From assembly GCA_963717465.1 (NCBI GenBank), contig OY970340.1, forward strand, positions 1,184,001 through 1,248,000: 64,000 bases of DNA. The letters run 5' to 3'. The DNA is from Candidatus Bathyarchaeota archaeon. Lineage in GTDB: Archaea > Thermoproteota > Bathyarchaeia > Bathyarchaeales > Bathycorpusculaceae. Shown here piece by piece: positions 52,269 through 63,500 of the stretch. A program made the translations under genes and the position numbers. Under the pieces are notes generated by a model that worked only from the letters and a program-made list of their open reading frames with translations, was not told the DNA's origin and did not search any database. Position 1 is the stretch's first letter. Each line of letters starts with the position of its first letter.

Positions 52269-53915
52269 TTATTCTTCAGGCATTCCGGGCATTCCGCCTG
52301 GTGCGCCGCCGCTTAATTTTGGTTTGGTTGCTTGTATTGTGTCGTCTATGCGTAGTATCATACATGCTGATTCTGCTGCTGATTTGATGGCTTGTTCTTT
52401 TACTACGACTGGCTCGATAACTCCGGTTTCTATGCAGTTTTGTATTTTTCCTGTGAATACGTTTAAGCCTTTGTTTTTGCCGTCTTCTTTATCGTGTGTC
52501 GAGCGCATTTCGACAAGTATATCTATTGGATCTAGACCGCCGTTTTCTGCGAGGGTTCTTGGGATTACTTCTATTGCGTCTGCGAAGGCTTCTACTGCTA
52601 GTTGTTCTCTTCCGCCGACTTTTGTTGCGTACTTTCGGAGTTCTTTAGCTACTTCGATTTCTACTGCTCCTCCACCAGCTACAATCTTGTTGTTTTCGAC
52701 GACGTCCGAAATGACTGATAATGCGTCTATCATTGTTCTTTCTGCTTCGTCCACCATTCTTTCAAGTCCAGCTCGGATAAGAATGGATACACTGTGCGGG
52801 TCTTTGCATTTTTCTACAAAGATCATTTTGTCTTCGCCGATTTTGCGTTCTTCTACTATTCCTGCCATGCCTAGGTCGCTTGCTTTCAGGTCGTCAATGT
52901 TTGAAACTACCTTTGCACCTGTTGCTTTAGCGAGCTTTGCCATATCTGATTCTTTTACACGTCTTGCTGCCATTATGTTTTCTTTAGTTAGGAAGTGTTG
53001 TACCATGTCGTCAATGCCTTTCTGGCAGAATAATACTTCTGCTCCTGAAGCTTTGATTTTTATAGCCATTTGTTTCATCATGTCGTTTTCTTGGTCCAAG
53101 AATGCTTTCATTTGTTTTGGATCTTTAATGCGAATTTCCGCGCTAATGTCTGTTTTCTCAATTTCAAGTGCCACATCCAATAAGGCAATCTTTGCGTTTT
53201 CTTTCATTTTTGGCATGCCTGGGCTTACGACTTCTTTGTCGACGATTATTCCTTGGATAAGTTGAGTTTCTAAAAGGCTCTTGCCAGCTTTCTTTACGAG
53301 TTGCACGTTATCAATGTCAGCAAGTGTTTTGTCTCCGCGCTGTTCAGCGATTTGTTTGACTGCGTCAATTGCTATTTCTGCAAGGTGGTCTCGTGCTGAA
53401 CCAACTGATTTGCTGCTTGTTGATGTCAATGCTACTTTAAGAAGTGTTTTGCGGTCATTAATGTCGACTGGCTCAGCAAGTTTGTATATGACCTCGATTG
53501 CTTTTTGAGCTGCTTTACGGTATCCGCTTACTAGTACTGTTGGATGAATGTTCTGATCTAAAAGCTCTTCAGCTTTTTTGAGAAGTTCACTTGCTAGTAT
53601 TACAGCCGTGGTTGTTCCATCGCCAACCATGTCATCTTGCGTTTTGGCGATTTCAACCATCATTTTTGCTGCGGGATGTTCAACGTCTATTTCTTTTAGA
53701 ATAGTTGCACCGTCATTTGTTATTGTTATGTCTCCTAAACTGTCGATAAGCATTTTATCCATGCCTTTTGGACCCAATGTGCTTTTCAGTACTTCGCCGA
53801 CTATCTGTGCGGCTGCAATATTATTTTTCTGGGCTTCTTTACCCTTGCTTCTAGTTGTTCCTTCTTTAAGTATTAGGACTGGCTGTCCTGAACCTGTAGT
53901 TGTTAAATACGCCAT
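52269..53915 (-). CDS. ths: Thermosome (group II chaperonin) subunit
   Basis: [27 protein letters not shown] tail. Confidence 0.97.
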   Translation of the reverse strand: MAYLTTTGSGQPVLILKEGTTRSKGKEAQKNNIAAAQIVGEVLKSTLGPKGMDKMLIDSLGDITITNDGATILKEIDVEHPAAKMMVEIAKTQDDMVGDGTTTAVILASELLKKAEELLDQNIHPTVLVSGYRKAAQKAIEVIYKLAEPVDINDRKTLLKVALTSTSSKSVGSARDHLAEIAIDAVKQIAEQRGDKTLADIDNVQLVKKAGKSLLETQLIQGIIVDKEVVSPGMPKMKENAKIALLDVALEIEKTDISAEIRIKDPKQMKAFLDQENDMMKQMAIKIKASGAEVLFCQKGIDDMVQHFLTKENIMAARRVKESDMAKLAKATGAKVVSNIDDLKASDLGMAGIVEERKIGEDKMIFVEKCKDPHSVSILIRAGLERMVDEAERTMIDALSVISDVVENNKIVAGGGAVEIEVAKELRKYATKVGGREQLAVEAFADAIEVIPRTLAENGGLDPIDILVEMRSTHDKEDGKNKGLNVFTGKIQNCIETGVIEPVVVKEQAIKSAAESACMILRIDDTIQATKPKLSGGAPGGMPGMPEE

Positions 53916-54309
53916 ATACTATCATTCCCTAGAACGTGTTTATCGGAAATATGCAAAAATCAAACTGAAATATAAACCTTAACCTTAATTTTGGCATTGT
54001 CTTGTTGATTTTGATGTTTTAGGGCTAAAAAAGGAGGCGAGTTTCCTAATCGAATCTTAATTGGTTTTAGCAAGTTCCGCGATGCCAAGTTAATTTGAGA
54101 TTACTATGCGCTCGTCAAAAAAATTAATCAGGTAATTCTTTACGTCTTTTCACAGAAAAATACTTCGTAAATTAATGAGAATTGCATTTGATTAATTGTT
54201 GATCATTTAGCGTGACTTCTTCAGGAAGAAGGCTCTCAGAGGATTTTTGCTGATTTGTTTGGTAAAGGGTTAAATTTTAAGGTTTACATTCACTTGAAAG
54301 GTAACCTGT

Positions 54310-54918
54310 ATGTCATTTGTCGATAAAGTTGCTGAAGCCTTGTTTGAGTCAGGATGTATCAAGTTTGGGTCTTTCAAGATAAAGTCAGGAGCAACCAGCC
54401 CATACTACATTGATCTTGCCCGTTTGCTTTCAAAGCCAAAACAGCTTTGCATAATTGCTGACGCGGCCGCTGACGAGATCAAGAGCATAATGGCTTACGA
54501 TAGGATTGATAAGTTGGCTTCGATTGAGCTGAAGGGCGCGTTGATTTTGCCAAGTATCGCTTGTAAGGTTGATATGCCATGCGTCATAGTGCGAAAAGAA
54601 GACAAAGCCTACGGCGTAACAGGCAGAATCGCAGGAGCAGACGTCGCTCAAGGTGATAATGTCTTGTTTTTTGATGATGTCGTAAGTGAAGGATTATCCA
54701 AAATCGAGGGAATAAAACCGCTTCAAGACTTGGGTGCCCAAGTAAAGCACATGCTGGTTGTTGTAAATCGTGAACAAGGCGGCAAAGAAAACCTTGAAAA
54801 ACTTGGCTACCAAGTTCACGCTTTAGCTAAAATCTCACAGGTAGTTGATGCTTTAGTTCGCTCCAAAAAAATTTCTAAGGAGCAAGCAAAAATCGTCCAC
54901 GATTACATCAACATCTAA
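54310..54918 (+). CDS. pyrE: Orotate phosphoribosyltransferase
   Basis: F..KSGA.SPYYID, VRKE.K.YG, FDDVVSEG. Confidence 0.9.
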   Translation: MSFVDKVAEALFESGCIKFGSFKIKSGATSPYYIDLARLLSKPKQLCIIADAAADEIKSIMAYDRIDKLASIELKGALILPSIACKVDMPCVIVRKEDKAYGVTGRIAGADVAQGDNVLFFDDVVSEGLSKIEGIKPLQDLGAQVKHMLVVVNREQGGKENLEKLGYQVHALAKISQVVDALVRSKKISKEQAKIVHDYINI

Positions 54919-55030
54919 AAGCGCTCTCCTCACCTACCGTCGCATTGTCCAGTTATTCGCTTTTACAATTCTGCAAAGGATTAATTAAATCGTCTTAAGT
55001 TATGGCAATCTTTGTAGTCTGAAGATGTAA

Positions 55031-55264
55031 TTAGTCTTCCACCATTATCAAAGTTAGTGTTGATCTTACTTGATTGATTGAGCGGATTTTTTGCGTAACT
55101 GTGTTCTTTAAGTTTTCCATGGTGTCAGCTTTTACTTTTATGATAAGGTCGTAGACTCCGTATGAAACGTAAGATTCCTCTACAGTCTCAATATTCTTAA
55201 GTTGTTTCAAAACTTCGTCTTCTGAACCTGTTGCAACATTAAGAAGGACAAAGGCTCTAGGCAT
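55031..55264 (-). CDS. Stand-alone Lrp/AsnC ligand-binding (RAM) domain
   Basis: AFVLLN, YGVYDLIIKV, STLTLI. Confidence 0.85.
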   Translation of the reverse strand: MPRAFVLLNVATGSEDEVLKQLKNIETVEESYVSYGVYDLIIKVKADTMENLKNTVTQKIRSINQVRSTLTLIMVED

Positions 55265-55632
55265 TGAAATTATCCCTATCTTAATTATGTTTACGAAGTT
55301 AATTAATTTTTATCGAAGCAAAGTGATTCTAATTGATAAAAGTTCAGGATTTTTTGCGCTAAAAATGTAAATTATTAATTAAGCGACTTTACATGAAGTT
55401 TTTTTACATTACTGGGCTGTATTGCTTGGTTACTTTTTTGGACGTGTTTGCAGCTTGAAGAGAATTTTCTAGTTCACTTTGAATTATTGTCCAACATTGA
55501 GGTATTTATTTGAACGTTTAACTATTATGTTTTCTAATGGCTCTTCATATGGATAGGCTTTAATACTTCAATGTGCTAAATGCACAGCAAACAAGGTAAT
55601 TAAGTAACAATTGTCAAAAGAGGAAAAACCAA

Positions 55633-56922
55633 ATGTCTTTCAACTCTGGAGATATAGCATGGGTAATAACTGCAACAGCACTAGTCATGATAATGACGCC
55701 AGCCTTAGGATTCTTCTACGGTGGACTCGTACGCAGAAAAAACCTAATATCAACAATCGTTCAATGCTTTGCAATCTTCGCAGTGATAAGCATAGTCTGG
55801 ATGCTCTGGGGTTACATGGAAGTCTTCGGAACAAGCGTTAATGGCATCATCGGCTTTGATCCAGGATTAATAGCCCTAAACAATTTGGGCATAAACACTC
55901 CATGGAGCAGCGCTCCACAAATCCCTGAACTGTTGTACTTTGCATTTCAATTAAAATTCGCCGCAATCACCCCTGCACTCATCATAGGAGCAACCGCAGA
56001 GCGTATCCGCTTTAAGCCCCTGCTAATCTTCATGGTGCTTTGGTCAACATTAATTTATGGTCCTATCGCCTGCTGGGTATGGAACCCAACTGGTTGGCTG
56101 CATAGTCTTGGCGCTATTGACTTTGCAGGAGGCATTGTAGTGCATATTTCTGCTGGTATATCTGCCTTAGCAGCGGCACTAGTAGTCGGTAGGAGAAAAG
56201 GTGCAGGAATTCCTTGGAAAAATCACATGAAAGCTCTCGACCAAAAAGATAGTGCGTCAGAATTCAAGCCTACAAACATTCCTTATGTGCTCTTAGGCGC
56301 AGCATTGCTATGGTTCGGATGGTTTGGATTCAACGCAGGCAGCGCACTAGCAGCAAACGATATAGCTGTTTCAGCTCTAGTAACCACGAACATTGCGGCA
56401 GCCGCAGCCGGAGTAAGCTGGATGCTTGTTGACTGGACAAGGAAAGGTAAGCCATCCGCATCTGGCTTGGCAATTGGTGCAGTTGTAGGCTTAGTTGCTA
56501 TTACGCCAGCGGCAGGTTACGTTAGCGTTTCCTCAGCGCTGATTATTGGTTTAATCGCAGGCGTAATCTCAAACTTTGTAGGAAACTGGCGGGCAGCAAG
56601 AAGCCGTATTGACGATTCATTGGACGTTTTTGCCTGCCATGGTGTGGGCGGCTTGTGGGGTTCAATCGCAACAGGCTTGTTCGCTACGGCAGCTATCTCC
56701 ACAGCAGGCGTCACAGGAGTCAATGGAGCGCTATTTGGAAATCCTATGCAACTAGTTTATCAGTTAATAGCGGTTGCCGTTGTTGTGCCTTTTGCCTTTT
56801 TCGGATCATATGCCCTGCTTAAAGTAATAAACAAGTTCTGCCCGTTGCGAGTTAGTGAGGCAGCGGAGGATGCAGGATTAGATTTAAGTGAACACGGGGA
56901 AGAAGCGTACCAGTTAGAGTAA
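55633..56922 (+). CDS. amt: Ammonium transporter
   Basis: [38 protein letters not shown]. Confidence 0.95.
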   Translation: MSFNSGDIAWVITATALVMIMTPALGFFYGGLVRRKNLISTIVQCFAIFAVISIVWMLWGYMEVFGTSVNGIIGFDPGLIALNNLGINTPWSSAPQIPELLYFAFQLKFAAITPALIIGATAERIRFKPLLIFMVLWSTLIYGPIACWVWNPTGWLHSLGAIDFAGGIVVHISAGISALAAALVVGRRKGAGIPWKNHMKALDQKDSASEFKPTNIPYVLLGAALLWFGWFGFNAGSALAANDIAVSALVTTNIAAAAAGVSWMLVDWTRKGKPSASGLAIGAVVGLVAITPAAGYVSVSSALIIGLIAGVISNFVGNWRAARSRIDDSLDVFACHGVGGLWGSIATGLFATAAISTAGVTGVNGALFGNPMQLVYQLIAVAVVVPFAFFGSYALLKVINKFCPLRVSEAAEDAGLDLSEHGEEAYQLE

Positions 56923-57204
56923 ATCAAGCGCATTTTCAAAACGCTTTTTTTCTAATTGTTCTCCAAAATTAATGCCTATTTTCCAAAATTAATGTAGAAC
57001 AAATTAACTTTTTAATACTTGCTTATTTGAACAAAAATTGATTATTCGAGGATTATTTTAAACATATGTAAAGAAAAATTTTTGATTGTTTCTTGTTTTG
57101 GACATTTGTTCAAATTAACCCTTTCTAATTTCTCGAATGTCACATTTAAATATATGTTAAGTGCACAATAGAGAAGAATAATTCAGGGACAGGTATCGAA
57201 GCAG

Positions 57205-58501
57205 ATGTCACTAAACGCAGGAGACGTAGCGTGGGTTCTTACCTCAACAGCACTAGTAATGCTAATGACACCCGCATTAAGCTTCTTTTATGGTGGACTT
57301 GTACGCCGAAAAAATCTGGTATCCACCCTTAGTACAATGCATAATAATTTTCGCGGTGGTCAGCCTTATCTGGTTTGCCTACGGCTACGGCTTGGTCTAT
57401 GGTCCAAGCGTAGACGGGGTAATAGGCAACCCTTGGACTCTTCTAGGATTAAATAATATGACTTCATTCACAATGAGCTCTTATGCACCAGCAATACCGG
57501 AAGCACTCTTTTTTGCTTTCCAACTAAAATTTGCGGCAATAACACCAGCACTGATAATTGGTGCATGTGCTGAAAGGATTAGGTTTAAACCGCTATTGAT
57601 CTTTGTTGTTTTATGGTCTACGTTCATTTACTCGCCGATTGCTCATTGGATTTGGAATGCAAACGGGTGGTTACATGTTCTTGGAGCCGTAGATTTTGCA
57701 GGTGGATTAGTAGTGCATGTTGCAGCAGGTTTATCTGCTCTTGCAGCAGCTCTGGTCGTTGGCAGAAGAAAAGGAAACTTGTACTGGAAAGACCAATTAA
57801 AAGCACTAAATCAAAAAGGCACAGAAGCACCGTCACTTGGCACTGAATTTAAGCCAACCAACATTCCATACGTGATCTTAGGCGCAGGCTTACTGTGGTT
57901 CGGATGGTTTGGATTCAACGGTGGCAGTGCATTAGCAGCAAACGGTATTGCAGTTTCAGCACTTGTAAATACCAATTTAGCCGCTGCAGCGGCAGCGGTA
58001 AGCTGGATGATCGTGGATTGGATTACTAAAGGAAAGCCGTCAGCCGTCGGCATTTCAGTTGGTGCAGTATGTGGATTAGCTGCTGTCACAGCTGCCTCAG
58101 GCTACATCAATTTCTATGCCGCCGTGATAATCGGCTTAGCAGCAGGAGTAATCTCTAATTTGGTAGCTAATTGGCGCTCGGGAAGGTCAAGAATAGACGA
58201 TACGTTGGACGTGTTCGCATGTCACGGAGTAGGCGGAATGATTGGCGCTATAGCAGTAGGCTTATTTGCATCTGTAGCCGTGAACAATGTCAACGGTGTT
58301 AACGGATTGTTATATGGGAACCCATATCAGCTCGGTGTTCAATTGCTAGCAACGGTTGTTGTGTCAGCGTTCGCATTTTGCGGCTCCTATTTGCTTCTAA
58401 AAATCGTAGATAAAATTTCGCCACTAAGAGTAAGCCCTGAAGAAGAAGATGCAGGATTAGACATAAGCCAGCATGGCGAAGAAGCTTACTGTCTAGATTA
58501 G
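57205..58501 (+). CDS. amt: Ammonium transporter paralogue, frameshift at ~57330
   Basis: Same motifs; deleting one T restores STLVQC. Confidence 0.9.
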
Positions 58502-58633
58502 TTAGATTCAGTTCTGTTTTCTTTCTTATTTTTAATTTCAAAAAATTTACTAAACTGATAAACTCGGTGCAGAGATTTTGATAATTTTTTTGCAGATAGT
58601 TTATAACGCTAACTTGACTTAACAAATTAGCAG

Positions 58634-59230
58634 GTGACTAAAATGAAGGTTATCGCTTTTAATGGAAGCGGAAGAAAAGATGGAAACACCGCCATTCTAA
58701 TCAAGAAAACCCTACAAGCCTTAGAAGCAGAGGGAATACAAACTGAATTTATACAATTAGCAGGAGAAGCCATCCATGGCTGCAAGGCCTGCCAAATCTG
58801 TCGAGAAAAAAAGAACAAACTTTGCGCCCAAAACGATAAGGTAAATGAGTATTTGCCCAAAATCTGGGAAGCTGACGGCTTGATTTTAGGTTCACCAGTC
58901 TACTTCGGAATGATGACGCCCGAATTAAAAGCGCTCATTGACCGAACTGGCTACGTGTCAATGCGAAATGATGGTCTGCTGAAAAGAAAAGTCGGCGCAG
59001 CTATAGTTGTGAATCGAAGAGCAGGCGCCTTAGCCACTTTTAGCGCGATAAACAACTTCTTTTTAATTAATCAAATGATAGTTCCAGGTTCCTCCTACTG
59101 GAACATCGGCATGGGCAGAGAAAAAGGCGAAGTAGAAAAAGATGAGGAAGGCATGCGTGTAATGGAGGGTTTGGGAAAAAACGTGGCTTGGCTTCTAAAA
59201 CAGCTCGAAGCCGCCAAAAAAAATTCCTAA
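58634..59230 (+). CDS. Iron-sulfur flavoprotein (Isf)/flavodoxin family
   Basis: GSGRKDGNT, CKACQIC..C, GSPVYFG. Confidence 0.88.
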   Translation: MTKMKVIAFNGSGRKDGNTAILIKKTLQALEAEGIQTEFIQLAGEAIHGCKACQICREKKNKLCAQNDKVNEYLPKIWEADGLILGSPVYFGMMTPELKALIDRTGYVSMRNDGLLKRKVGAAIVVNRRAGALATFSAINNFFLINQMIVPGSSYWNIGMGREKGEVEKDEEGMRVMEGLGKNVAWLLKQLEAAKKNS

Positions 59231-59447
59231 ATTCTTTTTAATCCATTATTGCTTTAAAATCATCCCTGGGCAGTGCGGTTTTTGTCGGGGGAATTTTTTT
59301 TGGCATTTCTTGATATAATAAGCTAAGCAAGTAGGCAAATGTAACCTTGCCAATACAATTTTTATCAATTCAACACTTAATAATTAAATTTTAAGGCAAG
59401 AATTAAGAAATGCTTAACTGTTGCATGATAGATACTAATAGGGTTGA

Positions 59448-60029
59448 GTGGAGAAAATGCCACTATTCGACATATTCAGGAAACGTAAAAAGGAAGAAAA
59501 GCCAGTTGACAATTTGCCTCCTCAGGAGCCAGAAAAGCAGTCTGTAGCAGAATCGACTCAGGCAACGCAGGTAACATCGGAGCCTGAAAAAACAGTTGAA
59601 ACCAAAGCCGAATCTACGGCTGAAGTAGCTAAAGAAGTGCCCAAGGAGCCAGAACCAGCAAAACCAGTTGAACCTGTTCAAGAACTAAAAATGGAAACTG
59701 AACCAAAACCTGTTCAAGAACTAAAAATGGCAGCTGAACCGACTAAAACATACCTGAAAGCGATGCCTCTTCATGATCTATCTGATCTTGAGGCTATCAA
59801 GGCGGACATTAACAACGGAGTTATTCTTATTCTAAAAATGAGCCCGCTTGCAACCAAAAGCATTGAGGACGTGAAACGTGCGGTAAATGAACTTTCTGAA
59901 TTTGCTGGAGCAATCGGTGGAGACATTGCACGTTTAGGCGAAGAAAGAGTTGTGATTTGCCCGAAAAACATAAAAATTTGGCGTGAAAAAAAGTCAACTG
60001 CAAATGAGCCTGTGCCTACAGCAGCCTAA
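59448..60029 (+). CDS. sepF: SepF-like (DUF552) protein with long Glu/Pro-rich N-terminus
   Basis: G.ILIL, KRAVNEL, GGDIARLGEERVVICP. Confidence 0.75.
   Translation: MEKMPLFDIFRKRKKEEKPVDNLPPQEPEKQSVAESTQATQVTSEPEKTVETKAESTAEVAKEVPKEPEPAKPVEPVQELKMETEPKPVQELKMAAEPTKTYLKAMPLHDLSDLEAIKADINNGVILILKMSPLATKSIEDVKRAVNELSEFAGAIGGDIARLGEERVVICPKNIKIWREKKSTANEPVPTAA
59673..59730 (+). repeat. Coding tandem duplication (36-bp period)
   Basis: CCTGTTCAAGAACTAAAAATGG twice (PVQELKM). Confidence 0.75.
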
Positions 60030-61953
60030 AAGTCTCTAAATTCGCCGGAGCAACCGTGCTAATACCAGCTTTAATATCCAGAAAATTAGCGAAGTTAATT
60101 GTTTTCTGTTTTTCACCGTGGCAAACAAATATCCGCTCAGGCTTAGGAGTTAGATGAGTTAAGTAATTAATCAGTTGTCTTCTGTCAGAGTGACCTGAAA
60201 AGCCTTCAATTGAATCAACCTGCAGCTTAACTTGTAGAGCCACCATTTTGCCCTCATTATCCATCATGGTTACTTCATTAACGCCTTTCTGAACCCTTTT
60301 ACCCATTGTGCCTTCAATCTGGTAGCTGACAAAGATGATGGTGTTCTTTTCATCATTGGCCCAATTCTTAAAATACTCAATTACTGGTCCACCTTCAAGC
60401 ATTCCTGAAGTCGCAAGGACAATGCATGGTTCCCCATCCATAATGCTTTGTCTCACACTCGGATGCTCGACAATAGTAAAGTAATCCGATTGGAACGGGT
60501 TTATTTCTTCATGCAAAATGCTGTGACGAACTTCGCGTCCCAAGTATTCAGGGTACGCGGTGTGAATCGCAGTAGCTTCACTAATCATGCCTTCAATGAA
60601 AACAGGTGCTTCCTTTAGCAAGCCTCGTTTCATGTATCCGTCAATTATAAGCATTATTTCTTGTGCTCTTCCAACAGCTGGAACAGGAATGAGCACTTTC
60701 CCCCTTCGCTCCAAAGTCTGATTAACAACCTTCACTAAGCCTTCTTCAGCTTCAACTCTTGTCGGCATAATATCATCAACTCCACCGTAGGTGCTCTCAG
60801 TTATTACCGTCTCGATGCGGGGAAACTCAGTGGTGGCTGCTTCTAAAAGCATAGTTCGCGCAAACTTGTAATCGCTCGTATAAACAATGTTATGCAATCC
60901 TTCGCCTATGTGTAAATGTACCATTGCTGAACCAAGAATATGCCCTGAATTATGAAGAGTTAAGCGAATATCCGGTGCAATGTCGGTGACAACCCCGAAC
61001 CGCAAGGGAATTGTATGCAAAACGCATTCACGGACATCTTTTTGATCATAGTGAGGTGTAATGCCCTGTTTGCTTGCCACATCCAAATAGTCTAATTGAA
61101 GCATAGTCATTAGATTAGAAGTTGGCGCTGAACAGTAAATTGGGCCATCATAACCATACTTGTACAAAAACGGTGCCAAGCCACAGTGATCAAGATGTGC
61201 ATGGCTGATAACTACTGCATCCAAGGAATCAATCTGGAACTCTGGCGAATCAAACCTTGGGAATGCCTCAAAAGGCTTCTGTGATCCAGGATTTATTCCG
61301 CAATCCAAAAGAACGCTGCTTTCACGAGTCTTAACAAGAAATGCGGAACGACCGACTTCTTGTGCTCCGCCAAGTACTGTTATCGTTACGTTGCCTACAT
61401 CAAAGGTTTTTTGCCTGAAAATTCTTTCGCCAACTGTTCGAAGTATTCTTTCTCGTTCTTTACTTTCCGAATGAAGATAATGACGCATATGAGTGACGAT
61501 TTTTGATTTAATCGGTGGGCTTCTTAAGACGTGAGGACGCCACTTGGTTTTCTTGATAATTTCCTGCAAAACAGCGCCGTTTCTTCCGATAACCAGACCT
61601 GGCTTTTTTGTTTCAATTATTATCTCGCCAAGACTCGGGTCAAAATTAATATCTGTTATTTCCGCTTCCTGGGGAATTAGTTCTCTTGCGATTTTTTCTG
61701 CTTCTACTTCTGGAAGTCGAACCGAGGGGTCAGGGCGAATTACAATTCTTTTTCTAATAACACTGACGATTTCAGCTACAATACTGCTTTGCTCGACCAG
61801 AACTTCAGGTTTTTTTGTGTAAACGCTGAGCATCGGTCCTTCGTATTCTATTCGGGTAACTTCTGCTTCTCTTGGAACGTGCTGAAGAATATATTGGCTA
61901 ATTTCAACTTGGTCTTTTTCTTTTTCTTGGGTTCGAGCCACGATTTGAAACAT
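60016..61953 (-). CDS. fttA: aCPSF1/FttA KH-domain beta-CASP ribonuclease
   Basis: KH domains, HAHLDH, GHILG, FSGHSD, HGE. Confidence 0.95.
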   Translation of the reverse strand: MFQIVARTQEKEKDQVEISQYILQHVPREAEVTRIEYEGPMLSVYTKKPEVLVEQSSIVAEIVSVIRKRIVIRPDPSVRLPEVEAEKIARELIPQEAEITDINFDPSLGEIIIETKKPGLVIGRNGAVLQEIIKKTKWRPHVLRSPPIKSKIVTHMRHYLHSESKERERILRTVGERIFRQKTFDVGNVTITVLGGAQEVGRSAFLVKTRESSVLLDCGINPGSQKPFEAFPRFDSPEFQIDSLDAVVISHAHLDHCGLAPFLYKYGYDGPIYCSAPTSNLMTMLQLDYLDVASKQGITPHYDQKDVRECVLHTIPLRFGVVTDIAPDIRLTLHNSGHILGSAMVHLHIGEGLHNIVYTSDYKFARTMLLEAATTEFPRIETVITESTYGGVDDIMPTRVEAEEGLVKVVNQTLERRGKVLIPVPAVGRAQEIMLIIDGYMKRGLLKEAPVFIEGMISEATAIHTAYPEYLGREVRHSILHEEINPFQSDYFTIVEHPSVRQSIMDGEPCIVLATSGMLEGGPVIEYFKNWANDEKNTIIFVSYQIEGTMGKRVQKGVNEVTMMDNEGKMVALQVKLQVDSIEGFSGHSDRRQLINYLTHLTPKPERIFVCHGEKQKTINFANFLDIKAGISTVAPANLETFRLL

Positions 61954-61954
61954 C

Positions 61955-62590
61955 CTAGCTAAGAAGCTTGCTTTTTTCTTCTTCCGTTAATTCTCTGTAA
62001 CCATTCTTGTCAATTACAGTTATGTTGTAGCTGTTGCCGCTTGCAACGTCACGTTTCATCGCTGCGTTAACGGCCTTTACAATAGTAGGTAACAGTTCCT
62101 TAATCGTCATTCCTTCACGATACTTATCCTCTAATATGCCATAAGCAATAGGTGAACCTGAACCGGTTGAAACAGATTTTTCCTCCATTAAGCTTCCATA
62201 TGGATCTAAATTATACACGTGAGGACCAGTATCGTCAACGCCACCAACCAAAACTTGAGTTGACAACGGCAAATACCTGTTTTGGAACAACAAATTGGCT
62301 ACAAGTCTTGCTGCGGAGCTAACTGGCATTGGTCTGTTTAAATTTATTTTGTAAAGCTTCGCGTTGGCAATAAGTATGTCAACAACTTTTTGTGCATCCG
62401 CAACTGTTCCCGCGATTGTCATGCCCAAATGATCATCAATCTGATAGACTTTTTTTCCGAATTTATGCGCAACATAGTAACCCATAGTAACGCGAGTGTC
62501 CGAAGCTAAAATCACTCCGTCCTTGCAGACGACGCCTATTGTTGTAGTACCTTTCAAGACCAATTGGCTAGTTGCATTATTCTGTGACAT
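61955..62590 (-). CDS. psmB: Proteasome beta subunit
   Basis: KG/TTTIG processing site, GSGS, RDVASG; start chosen at MSQNN. Confidence 0.95.
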   Translation of the reverse strand: MSQNNATSQLVLKGTTTIGVVCKDGVILASDTRVTMGYYVAHKFGKKVYQIDDHLGMTIAGTVADAQKVVDILIANAKLYKINLNRPMPVSSAARLVANLLFQNRYLPLSTQVLVGGVDDTGPHVYNLDPYGSLMEEKSVSTGSGSPIAYGILEDKYREGMTIKELLPTIVKAVNAAMKRDVASGNSYNITVIDKNGYRELTEEEKSKLLS

Positions 62591-62720
62591 AGTTTTTGTT
62601 CTCCCTAAAACCAATTCAGGATGAATATCATCCACTATAGGAAGTAATTAACAAACATGTATTCGATACTGTGAACTTAATTAATATTACGGTTCACGGT
62701 TCTGTGAAGTTAGCGTTTGG

Positions 62721-63497
62721 TCATTTTTGCTGTGAAAATTCGTTTGGTGAAGCTTTAGATACGTTAAAATGTCTAAGTTCTTCAAATTTCCAGTTCATTA
62801 TGTCAAATAGTAAGTCGTCAAAAGGTCTAACGTTTTTGCAGTATTCAGCATGTGGCTTTCTTTCGTAGTCATCGAAAATTCTTGATTCTATTCCTCGGTA
62901 ACCTTGAGCCTCAGCTCTCTCAAAAACATGATAAAACGTGTCTATGTCAGTAACTATCCCATTATTCACTTGATCGTACTTCTTTATTATGTAGATTCTA
63001 TCCAAGAAGCACTCAAGCAGTTTTCGAGGTTTATTTCCAGTTTCGCATGTTTTAAGCTCTGACTGATTTTTTTGTCCATATCTATCCGCATCTTCGGTAA
63101 CAAGGACGTACTTGATTTTTTGAGGACGTACTAATTGTGCCCAAAAAAGGGCTTCTGTTTCTCTTGCATGAAACGAAACTTTACAGCTAACAATACAAAG
63201 AGGATGCCAAGCTTTGACTACATGGTTTACCTTATCCTCTTCTTTGTAAACAACAACAATATCCGTATCAGGTAATGTCAGAGATTGGTCTTGGGAACAT
63301 GAATTTTTAATTTCTACTTTGAGATAGTTCAATAGTTTCCTGTGAACACCATCCGTCTTTGCCCATCGTGAAATTTGCGAAACTGAGAAAGCTTCAATAT
63401 CTTTTTTGCTAAGTATTTGATTAAGAATTTTTCTAACATTGACTTCTAATTTTGACCCAGTTTCTTGTACACGTCTTTGCCTTTCTGATTCTACCAT
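62721..63497 (-). CDS. Putative type II restriction endonuclease
   Basis: PDTD...SCKVS..RETE (PD..SxK..E variant); directly downstream of a DNA MTase. Confidence 0.65.
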   Translation of the reverse strand: MVESERQRRVQETGSKLEVNVRKILNQILSKKDIEAFSVSQISRWAKTDGVHRKLLNYLKVEIKNSCSQDQSLTLPDTDIVVVYKEEDKVNHVVKAWHPLCIVSCKVSFHARETEALFWAQLVRPQKIKYVLVTEDADRYGQKNQSELKTCETGNKPRKLLECFLDRIYIIKKYDQVNNGIVTDIDTFYHVFERAEAQGYRGIESRIFDDYERKPHAEYCKNVRPFDDLLFDIMNWKFEELRHFNVSKASPNEFSQQK

Positions 63498-63500
63498 AAA

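Noticed and set aside
52324..53982. Long + strand ORFs (313, 75, 134 aa)
   Set aside because: Antisense shadows of the thermosome gene
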